Below are positions 36,494 through 43,771 of a DNA stretch of 43,771 nt, in pieces. Both the position numbers and the translations under genes were made by a program. Under the pieces are notes generated by a model. That model was given only the letters and a program-made list of their open reading frames with translations, ran no database searches and was not told the DNA's origin. Origin of the DNA: Chloroflexota bacterium. GTDB taxonomy: Bacteria > Chloroflexota > Limnocylindria > Limnocylindrales > CSP1-4. Where the stretch lies: positions 1 to 43,771 of the forward strand of contig JANPDJ010000124.1 of assembly GCA_031431395.1 (NCBI GenBank). The letters are read 5' to 3'. Numbering within the stretch: the first letter of the stretch is position 1; each line of letters begins with the position of its first letter.

Positions 36494-37170
36494 TCTTTCA
36501 GGACGTAGCCGGCGCCACGGATCGTGTGGATGAGCCGGGGCCCGCCGATCATCTCGAGCTTGTTTCGGAGGTAGCGCACGTAGACCTCGAGGACGTTCGA
36601 CTCGCCATCGAAGTCGTACGACCAGACGTGCTCCATGATCACGTCACGCGTCAGCACCTTGCGAGGGTGGCGCATGAACAGAAGCAGCAGGCTGAATTCG
36701 GTGGTCGTGAGCTCGATCGTCCGGCCCATTCGACGCGCCTCCCGGGCGTCGAGGTCGAGTTCGAGATCCGCGAATCGAAGCACCTCGCCGGACGGGGCCG
36801 CCCGACGACGAAGCAGGGCGTGGACCCGGGCAAGGAGCTCCTCGAAGCTGAACGGCTTGACGAGGTAGTCGTCTGCCCCGGTCTCGAGGCCCACAACCCG
36901 GTCCTTGACCTCGTCGCGTGCCGTGAGCATGAGGATCGCGACCTCGTCACCCGACGAACGCAGCCGGCGCGTGACCTCGAGGCCATCGATTCCGGGCATC
37001 ATGACGTCGAGGATCACAAGATCCGGCAGGTGCTCACGAGCTTTCTCCAGGCCTTCCTCGCCCGATGCGGCCTCCACCACGCGGTAGCCCTCATAGGCGA
37101 GGCCGCGACGTACCACCGTCCGGATCTTCGCATCGTCGTCGACGACAAGGATGCGCGCCGCCTCGCTCAT
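36490..37170 (-). CDS. OmpR-family response regulator, MprA-like
   Basis: [68 protein letters not shown]. Confidence 0.93.
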   Translation of the reverse strand: MSEAARILVVDDDAKIRTVVRRGLAYEGYRVVEAASGEEGLEKAREHLPDLVILDVMMPGIDGLEVTRRLRSSGDEVAILMLTARDEVKDRVVGLETGADDYLVKPFSFEELLARVHALLRRRAAPSGEVLRFADLELDLDAREARRMGRTIELTTTEFSLLLLFMRHPRKVLTRDVIMEHVWSYDFDGESNVLEVYVRYLRNKLEMIGGPRLIHTIRGAGYVLKE

Positions 37171-37336
37171 GGCCTCGGCCTCCGCGTCAGTAAGTCGTCC
37201 CGTGCATCAGGCCCCTGCCGGGCGTCTCAGTCATGCCGGGCTCCATCGCATGCTCGACGCCCCGACTCGGGCGGTGCCACGGGCAATTCAGGCACCGCGC
37301 TCGAGACGGATCGCGATCCGAGCGTGCCCCTGGAAG

Positions 37337-37364
37337 CTGAAACCAGCCTGAGCGTCACCTGAGA
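37337..37364 (-). promoter_or_regulatory. MprA-box-like array TCTCAG-N5-GCTCAG-N5-TTTCAG upstream of the TCS operon
   Basis: Plus strand CTGAAA 37337, CTGAGC 37348, CTGAGA 37359. On the minus strand this is followed by 10 nt and CACGCT. Confidence 0.8.
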
Positions 37365-37482
37365 CTCTCCGGGCGGACAATCCCCGGTCTCCACGCCAAT
37401 ACCTGGCTGTGCGAGGACCTGATCGCCGATCGTGGATCCGACAGGTTCGTAGCATAGGGCGCCTCATTCGACGGCCGCGGAG

Positions 37483-38211
37483 TCAGGGAAACGCGATGGC
37501 GAATGTCACGTGGCACGTGAGAGCAGCGACCAGGGCCGTGACGACAGGGAGCCACTCCATGGGCGCACCCTGTCTCGGTGGCGCGGCGTCGTCGAGAACC
37601 AGCGCGCTGATTCGCTCACGTGTATACGCACTGAACCACGATCCAGGGGTGCCGCCGGTGTCGTCGGTCGCCATCAGCGCTGATGCAAGATCACGCCGCT
37701 CGATCCCGAGCTGCAGGGCGTACGAGTCGGCAGTTCGTTCGAGATCGATCAGGCGGCGTTCCACGAGTCGGTGGGCAAGGGGCCACCATCCGATGAGCGG
37801 GAGCCACGCCTGCAGCGCGGCGGCGCGCAATGGAGCGCCGTGGCGCCGATGGTGCTCCTCATGTGCGAGAACGGCGCGCAGTTCATGCGGCGAAAGGCGA
37901 TCGGCCAGCCGGCCGCCGAGATAGATCCGCGGGTGAAATGCGCCGACGACGAACGCGCTCGATGCCCCGGGAAGAACTCGGCAGTCCAGGCCAAACGCGG
38001 TCCAGGGGCTGCTGGACCGATCAAGCTCGCGACCCATCAGGTGTCCACGGCCTATGGCGAGGGCCACGCGACCGGCCCAAACGGCCATCACCATCGCGGC
38101 CGCGTATTCGAAGGGCATGAGCGGATCGCCGCCTGCGATACGACCAATGACCAGGCAGAGAGCTGCCACCACGAGCGTCGCGGTGCCGATCAGCGTTCCG
38201 TTTCGAACCAC
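37483..38211 (-). CDS. M56/M48-like membrane zinc metallopeptidase (BlaR1-type, no beta-lactam sensor domain)
   Basis: AFVVGAFHPRIY, AVLAHEEHH (HExxH), ERTADSYA, LASAL. Confidence 0.82.
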   Translation of the reverse strand: MVRNGTLIGTATLVVAALCLVIGRIAGGDPLMPFEYAAAMVMAVWAGRVALAIGRGHLMGRELDRSSSPWTAFGLDCRVLPGASSAFVVGAFHPRIYLGGRLADRLSPHELRAVLAHEEHHRRHGAPLRAAALQAWLPLIGWWPLAHRLVERRLIDLERTADSYALQLGIERRDLASALMATDDTGGTPGSWFSAYTRERISALVLDDAAPPRQGAPMEWLPVVTALVAALTCHVTFAIAFP

Positions 38212-38216
38212 CTTGC

Positions 38217-38639
38217 TTACGGTTCCTCGCCATGGGCGAGGCGGATCAGCTGGTCTCTCGTACCGGCGTCGAGGTCGGCCACCCGGATCGCAAACTGGCG
38301 CAGGGCGGACGTGCCGTATCGGTCCACGATCCGGTCAACGGCGCGCTGACCCAGTGAATCGACAAGGACGGCCTCGTCCGCCGCCGCTTCGTAGACCCAC
38401 TGACGGCCGGTCTTCTCGCGGAGCAAGATGCCCTTTTCGTACAGGCGCGCAAGCACGGTCATCACCGTCGTGTAGGCGGGATGACTCTGAGCGGAGGCGC
38501 CGAGTGCGTCCGCGACGTGCCCGACCGTCGACGGGCCGTCTGACCATAGAACCCGCAGGATCCGGGCCTCGAGGGGGCCAGTGACCTGTTCCACGGGGAC
38601 GGGTGATTCAAGAAGTGGCAGGTCGCTGTCCTTCGTCAT
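38217..38639 (-). CDS. BlaI/MecI/CopY family transcriptional repressor
   Basis: GPLEARILRVLW, AYTTVMTVLARLYEKG.L.REK.GR...Y. No C-terminal CxC, so BlaI-like rather than CopY-like. Confidence 0.88.
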   Translation of the reverse strand: MTKDSDLPLLESPVPVEQVTGPLEARILRVLWSDGPSTVGHVADALGASAQSHPAYTTVMTVLARLYEKGILLREKTGRQWVYEAAADEAVLVDSLGQRAVDRIVDRYGTSALRQFAIRVADLDAGTRDQLIRLAHGEEP

Positions 38640-38817
38640 TCCGCGGAGATTACCCCATCGTTGCACCAGCGAGTCGTACGTGCGCCCGCACAGAGCCAGG
38701 TCTTGGGGAACGGTCCGCCAAGGCACGCGCCGTTGCCGCTCACGGCCGGTCGTGGTGCGCCTGTTACCCCGCCTTGACCACTCGGCTCACAGATGGCGCC
38801 CGGCGCACGTCTTCATG

Positions 38818-38892
38818 GCCGGGCGCGTTGCCGGGCATGGCGTCCTGGCGCTCTACAAGATTGCCTTCAGCGTCCCGCTCGTCGTCCTCCTC
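38818..38892 (+). pseudogene. Fragment of a ccdA-like paralogue at the right edge of the metal region
   Basis: AGRVAGHGVLALYKIAFSVPLVVLL versus GTVAAGLGGLALYNLAYITPLVALL in 23012-23878. Confidence 0.55.
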
Positions 38893-38929
38893 CCGGGCGT
38901 GAGGAATACGCCCCCGCGCGGATCCGGGT

Positions 38930-39685
38930 TCATTCCTCCGCGGATTCGGGGACAGAGGGATGCAGCGCGGCGGAACCGGCCACCCGGAAGACGTCGCCGT
39001 GGCGGTGGCGCTCTCTCCTGCGGCCTCGCCAGACGGTGACCCGCCCGCGGCCGTGCACCTCCCACGACCCGGCTCGCCCGATGACGGCCATCTCGTGGCC
39101 GATGCCCAGCACGGGCATCCCGCGGGGGGCACACAGGGCCAGCAACGCCATGGCCGCCTCGGGACGGGCGTCGTAGTCGGGCAGCACGCAGACGTTGGCG
39201 GCGGCCGCAAGTCCCGCCAGCCATCGAATCGGCCAGCCCAGGCGGACGATGCCGATGTCCAGTTGCCGTCCCCCGAGTGCCATCGCGCCGGCGGCACAAC
39301 CCACGAGCGCCGCGCCACGCTCGTTGGCCTCCATTGCCGCTGCCCATACGGCGCTGCCCCAGAGCGTGCTGTGCAGGTACGCCGAATCGCCTCCGGGCAG
39401 GTAGACGAGATCGGCCTCGCCGACGGCCTGGGCATTCGCGGCGTCATCGGCTCCCCGGCGGTCGCGAACCGCCACGGTCTCCACTTCGGCGCCGAGCGCT
39501 CGGAAGTGGGCCTCGCCCAGGGCAGAAAGGCGCCGGAAGGCCTCTTCGCCGGCGGGGAACGCGGCGGTGGGCAGGATCGCGACTCGCGGCCGGCGCCGCC
39601 CGGTGGCCGTCAGCAGCCCGAGGTCGAATTCGGCCATGGAGGTGAGGAATGCGCCGGAGCCAACCAGCACAACAGGGCCCGACAT
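38930..39685 (-). CDS. Peptidase S51 (PepE/cyanophycinase)-like protein, catalytic residues apparently altered
   Basis: VLVGSG, ILPTA, ADLVYLPGGD, GCAAGAM (canonical GxSAGA), LPDYD (canonical PH). Start ATG 39685. Confidence 0.75.
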   Translation of the reverse strand: MSGPVVLVGSGAFLTSMAEFDLGLLTATGRRRPRVAILPTAAFPAGEEAFRRLSALGEAHFRALGAEVETVAVRDRRGADDAANAQAVGEADLVYLPGGDSAYLHSTLWGSAVWAAAMEANERGAALVGCAAGAMALGGRQLDIGIVRLGWPIRWLAGLAAAANVCVLPDYDARPEAAMALLALCAPRGMPVLGIGHEMAVIGRAGSWEVHGRGRVTVWRGRRRERHRHGDVFRVAGSAALHPSVPESAEE

Positions 39686-39784
39686 GATGCGGGTGCAGTC
39701 TAGCGGGGGCGGCCCGAGAGGGGCCCCGCGACTCACGGAAGACCCCGGCGACCGGGTTGGGCGTCGCTGGGGTAGCCTCGCGGG

Positions 39785-41341
39785 GTGACAAGGCAGAACC
39801 GCTGGATCCTCGCGGCTGTGATCCTTGGGTCGTCGATCGTCTTCCTCGATTCGACCGTCATCAACGTTGCCCTGCCCGCCATCGGGCGGGAACTGCCGGC
39901 CACCGGGGTCGGCACTCTGGAAGGCCAGTCCTTTGTCTACAGCGGCTACTTCCTGTCGCTGAGCGCCATGCTGATCCTGGGCGGCGCCCTGGCCGACTTC
40001 TACGGGCGACGGCGGATGTTCATCCTCGGGCTGGCGGGGTTCGGGCTGACGTCTGTCCTCTGCGGTCTCGCGCCCACCATGGAACTGCTGATCGCCTTCC
40101 GCATCCTGCAGGGAGTTGCCGGCGCGATCCTCGTTCCGGGATCCCTGGCGATCCTGAGCCAGTCGTTCTCCGGCCAGGAGCGGGGCCGGGTGTTCGGCAT
40201 CTGGGCAGGCGCATCGGCGGTCACCCCGCTCTTCGGGCCATTCGTGGGCGGCCTCCTGGTGGACCTCGCGTCCTGGCGACTCGCGTTCCTCATCAACGTC
40301 CCGCTGGTCCTCATCGCGCTCTACGCGACCGTCCGCGAACTGCCAGAGCACCGCCAGTCGGATGCCACTGGACGCTTCGACTGGCTTGGTGCACTGGTGG
40401 TGGCCGTAGCTGTCGGTGGCCTTTCGTTCGGTGCGATCCGGGGCCAGGAGCACAACTGGCAGGATCCGCTCGCCTTCGTCGCGCTCGGGACGGGCGCCCT
40501 TGCCACGATCGCCTTCCCGTTCCTGATGGCGCGATCAGACAGCCCGCTGGTGCCCCTGTGGCTCTTCCGGTCGCGCAACTTCGCCGTGACCAACCTCTCG
40601 ACGCTGCTGATCTACGGCGCGCTGTACGTGTTCTCGTACTTCAACTCGCTGTTCTTCCAGGGCACGATCGGCTACACGGCAACCGCGGCCGGCCTGGCCG
40701 GGGTTCCCGGCTCGATCTTCCTCGTCTTCCTGTCGTCGCGATTCGGCGGCCTGGCAGGCCGCCATGGGTGGCGCCTGTTCATGGCCGTGGGGCCCGCGGT
40801 CATGGGCCTGGGCGTGCTGTGGCTGGCCAGGTTCCCGGCCACCAGCACCCCGTGGCTCTTGAACCCGGCCAGGCCGGAAACGATCCTGCCGTCCGCCGGA
40901 TATCTCGTGGACGCGCTGCCGGGCATGCTGCTCTTTGGAGTCGGGCTCGCAATCCTGGTCGCGCCGCTCACGACGGCGCTGATGAGTTCCGTTCCCATCG
41001 CGAACTCCGGCATCGCCTCGGCGATCAACAACGCGATCTCGCGAGTGGGCCCGCAGCTGGCGGGAGCCGTCATCTTCGTCGCGGTCACGGCGACGTTCTA
41101 CGCCGGTCTTGCGGCAAGAGTCCCGGGCCTGGACCCGGGCTCGGCGGAGCTTCGCCGCCAGGTGGCGCCCTTCGATGCGCCGGCGGCAGGCGTGACACCG
41201 GCGATCGCGGGCGCGGCCCACGAGGCGTCCACCGAATCGTTTCATGCCGCGATGCTCGTGGCCGCCGGGCTGCTGTTCGCCGGCGCAGCCGTGAACGCGG
41301 CGGGGATCCGGAATGCACCGAGAGCCATGGCGGCGCCATGA
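39785..41341 (+). CDS. MFS transporter, DHA2 (14-TM) type
   Basis: FLDSTVINVALPAI, GGALADFYGRRR, WRLAFLINVP. Confidence 0.9.
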   Translation: MTRQNRWILAAVILGSSIVFLDSTVINVALPAIGRELPATGVGTLEGQSFVYSGYFLSLSAMLILGGALADFYGRRRMFILGLAGFGLTSVLCGLAPTMELLIAFRILQGVAGAILVPGSLAILSQSFSGQERGRVFGIWAGASAVTPLFGPFVGGLLVDLASWRLAFLINVPLVLIALYATVRELPEHRQSDATGRFDWLGALVVAVAVGGLSFGAIRGQEHNWQDPLAFVALGTGALATIAFPFLMARSDSPLVPLWLFRSRNFAVTNLSTLLIYGALYVFSYFNSLFFQGTIGYTATAAGLAGVPGSIFLVFLSSRFGGLAGRHGWRLFMAVGPAVMGLGVLWLARFPATSTPWLLNPARPETILPSAGYLVDALPGMLLFGVGLAILVAPLTTALMSSVPIANSGIASAINNAISRVGPQLAGAVIFVAVTATFYAGLAARVPGLDPGSAELRRQVAPFDAPAAGVTPAIAGAAHEASTESFHAAMLVAAGLLFAGAAVNAAGIRNAPRAMAAP

Positions 41342-42084
41342 CGACCCGCGACTGGGACGCTCTCACCTACGACCGGATCGCGAATCCCATGACCCGCTGG
41401 GGCGAGGCGGTGTTGGACCGGCTGGCCCTGACAGGCTCCGAGCGCGTCCTGGACGCCGGTTGCGGATCCGGGCGCGTCACGGAGCTGCTGCTCGCGAAGC
41501 TGCCCACCGGCTCCGTGGTGGCCCTCGACGCTTCACCGAGCATGGTGGACGAAGCGCGCCGGCGGCTGGCGGGCTTCGGCGACCGCGTGGAGTACGTGGT
41601 GGCCGACATGGGGCAGCCGCTGGCCATCGCCCGGGTGGATGCAATCCTTTCCACCGCCACGTTCCACTGGCTGCCGGACCACGATGCCCTCTTCACGAAC
41701 CTGGCCGCGGTGCTGCGGCCCGGAGGGCAGTTGGTGGCCCAGTGCGGCGGCGGGAACAACCTCGCGGCGGTGATGGCGGCCTTCGACGATCTGGATCCGG
41801 GGCGCCGGTACTGGCGCCCGTGGCACTTCGCCACGCCGGAGGACACGCGCCGGCGGCTGGAGACGGCCGGGTTCGGCGACATCGAGGTCTGGCTCAACGA
41901 CGAACCCACCGACCTCCCGCCCGACACGTTGCCCGACTACCTGCGGACGATCATCTTCGGGGCCACCCTGGAACGGATGGCCGAGGCGGAGCGGGAGCCG
42001 TTCGTACGTGCGATGGCCGCCCGGCTGCCGGATGGGCACCTGGACTACGTGCGGCTGAACATCGTGGCCCGCCGAGCCGCCTAG
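41338..42084 (+). CDS. Class I SAM-dependent methyltransferase (trans-aconitate methyltransferase-like)
   Basis: WDALTY, VLDAGCGSG, STATFHWLPDH, DYVRLNIVARR. ATGA overlap with the MFS gene. Confidence 0.85.
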   Translation: MTTRDWDALTYDRIANPMTRWGEAVLDRLALTGSERVLDAGCGSGRVTELLLAKLPTGSVVALDASPSMVDEARRRLAGFGDRVEYVVADMGQPLAIARVDAILSTATFHWLPDHDALFTNLAAVLRPGGQLVAQCGGGNNLAAVMAAFDDLDPGRRYWRPWHFATPEDTRRRLETAGFGDIEVWLNDEPTDLPPDTLPDYLRTIIFGATLERMAEAEREPFVRAMAARLPDGHLDYVRLNIVARRAA

Positions 42085-42740
42085 CCGCCGGCGAGCCGCA
42101 GGCGCTCGAGATCCTCCGGTCGGTCCACGTCGAGCAGGGAACTACCCGTGGGGTCGAACGTCCGCCAGTCGGCCTCGTCGATCGCCGCAACAGGCAATGC
42201 CGCGATCAGCGCCCGCAGGCTGGACGCGCCCCGGGCCCGGACGGCCGCGGCGGCCGCAAGCGCTGCGTCGCGCCGGAAGGCAGAGGGGAGTGGTCGCAGG
42301 TCGTCGTCCACCCGCAGCGCAGCCACCCCGACACCCGGCGTGCCTGCCCGCCGCGCCAGTTCGCGCAGGAGATCCGGCACGAGGCGGGGCATGTCCCCGC
42401 CAACCACGATCGCCACGGGTCCGGGCGCCGCCATCAGGCCCGTCACAAGCCCCCCAAGGGGGCCGGCTCCCGGCTCGTTGTCGGTCACGATGCGCAGCGG
42501 GACGCGAATGCCCCCGGGCCCGGCCGGAACGTCGCCGGCCGCCGCAACGACGATGACCTCATCGCAGGCACTCGCAACCGCTTCGATGGCCCAATGGAGC
42601 AGCGGCCGTCCGCCGAGATCCGCCGCCAGCTTGTTGCTGCCAAAGCGAGCGCTTCGGCCGCCGGCCAGCACGATCCCGGTGACCTGCACCGCATCAGCGT
42701 CGGCCGGAGCAGCGCTGGCCGGATCGGTCGGGAGGGTCAT
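42081..42740 (-). CDS. mobA: Molybdenum cofactor guanylyltransferase
   Basis: GIVLAGGRSARFGSNK, GPLGGL, GGDMP, DVDRPEDL. ATG 42740 overlaps the selB stop. Confidence 0.85.
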   Translation of the reverse strand: MTLPTDPASAAPADADAVQVTGIVLAGGRSARFGSNKLAADLGGRPLLHWAIEAVASACDEVIVVAAAGDVPAGPGGIRVPLRIVTDNEPGAGPLGGLVTGLMAAPGPVAIVVGGDMPRLVPDLLRELARRAGTPGVGVAALRVDDDLRPLPSAFRRDAALAAAAAVRARGASSLRALIAALPVAAIDEADWRTFDPTGSSLLDVDRPEDLERLRLAGG

Positions 42741-43771
42741 CCGGTTTGCGATCGGACGACGACCGGCGCCCGTGGACCGGGCACATGGCCGGCCGGCGTC
42801 CGCCGCAGCAATGCCCGCCGATCCATGTGCTCGAGGATCGCCAGCGCATACCGCCGGCTGGTGCCGGTTGCATCGCGAAAGGCAGCAGGCGACAGAGGCG
42901 CTGCCGTGGCCATCCGGAGTGCCTGGTCCTCGTACCGTTGGAGACTCGCCGCCTCCCACGCAAGGTCATCCTCGACACGGACGATCCGTCCAGCCGCTTC
43001 CAGCGCCCGAATACCCTCCGGCGGGCAGCCGGCCGCGGTCGCAGCCTCGCGCAGCGATGGCGGGGCGGGTGCGGCGAGCGACGCAGCCAGGCGATCCATC
43101 GCCGCCAGAAGCGCCGCACTCGGTCCGGTCCGCGACCCCTCCGGCAGGATGCGATCACCGTCTCGCACGAGCCGGCCCGAAGCGACGAGGCGCTCGACGA
43201 TCGCGTCCGCGACTGCAGCCGCAGCGCTCCGATCCAGCGTCACGCGACGCCGGCTCTCCGCGACGAGTCCGGCCCGAAGCTCCGCGATGGAGGCAGATCC
43301 CGCGGCCGCCACAAGGGCAGGTGCGGCGGCTTCCAGCGCACCGACGACATCCAGGGCGAGGACCACCCCGGCGGTTGCGACCGGCCTTCGTCCGCCCGTG
43401 CCGAGGGCCAGCGCTGCAGCCCGAACGGCCGGCAGGGCCCCGTGGAGCCCAACCAGCGCGTCAAGCTGATCGCCGCTCCCCCACGACGCGCCGGCCAGCC
43501 GGCCCAGGGTCGCGGCATCGACGCGCCGACGGGAGGCTCCGCGCGGCGGCAGTGGATCCAGGATCCGGCCCCCGGCCAGCGTCTCCCCAGGCGATGGCCG
43601 ACGAAGAACGAACGGGTCGCCGATCGCCGCCGCAATGGGCCGCGCCAGCCGGGCGATCGCCGTGATCGACCCGTCGCCGCCGGCCGCCGACGCCCGGCGT
43701 CCCATGTCGAGCGTGCCGTCCACCTGGTCCGTGCCCGCGTGGATACGAATGCACTGGCCGTGCCGCGGGTC
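42737..43771 (-). CDS. selB: Selenocysteine-specific elongation factor SelB, 3' part (runs off window)
   Basis: IHAGT, GDPFVLRRPSP.ETLAGGRILDP (domain III) and terminal winged helix FRDATGTSRRYALAILEHMD. Frame open to base 43771. Confidence 0.85.
   Translation of the reverse strand, partial: DPRHGQCIRIHAGTDQVDGTLDMGRRASAAGGDGSITAIARLARPIAAAIGDPFVLRRPSPGETLAGGRILDPLPPRGASRRRVDAATLGRLAGASWGSGDQLDALVGLHGALPAVRAAALALGTGGRRPVATAGVVLALDVVGALEAAAPALVAAAGSASIAELRAGLVAESRRRVTLDRSAAAAVADAIVERLVASGRLVRDGDRILPEGSRTGPSAALLAAMDRLAASLAAPAPPSLREAATAAGCPPEGIRALEAAGRIVRVEDDLAWEAASLQRYEDQALRMATAAPLSPAAFRDATGTSRRYALAILEHMDRRALLRRTPAGHVPGPRAPVVVRSQTG

Overview
High-GC bacterial chromosome segment. Gene style suggests a soil/freshwater Chloroflexota- or Actinomycetota-like organism, which is inference only. 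The left flank (1-10977) holds housekeeping-type genes: partial opcA, pgl, citrate synthase, MFS, a Pnkp-like kinase, an AAA+/DUF4143-type ATPase with a repeat-studded promoter, YciI, EamA and an Mre11/Rad50-like (YhaO/YhaN-like) pair. The centre (~11.2-38.9 kb) is a ~28 kb metal-homeostasis region with no visible integrase, transposase, tRNA or terminal repeats. It contains an ArsR/SmtB-controlled Zn/Cd efflux block (3 CDF-type genes), two P1B ATPases (one CPC, one with an unusual CPD motif), three cupredoxins, CcdA, a divergent Lgt paralogue, five YHS/TRASH modules, a MacB-type ABC transporter whose ATPase is fused to YHS, two OmpR-family two-component systems in tandem and a BlaI/M56 pair. 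The raw DNA shows a regulatory layer absent from the ORF track: seven promoters built from 11-bp-periodic TCTCAG-like hexamers followed 10 nt later by a -10-like hexamer (MprA-box-like regulon), a perfect 12-2-12 ArsR operator over a start codon, a CsoR-type operator and a BlaI-type operator. It also shows a frameshift-hidden, membrane-anchored CsoR-fold gene lacking its metal ligands, four single-base frameshifts, and several paralogue remnants including an in-frame three-gene mosaic. The right flank carries an S51-peptidase-like protein without its catalytic Ser/His, MFS, a methyltransferase, mobA and the 3' part of selB. All family assignments come from motif recognition by eye; no searches were run.
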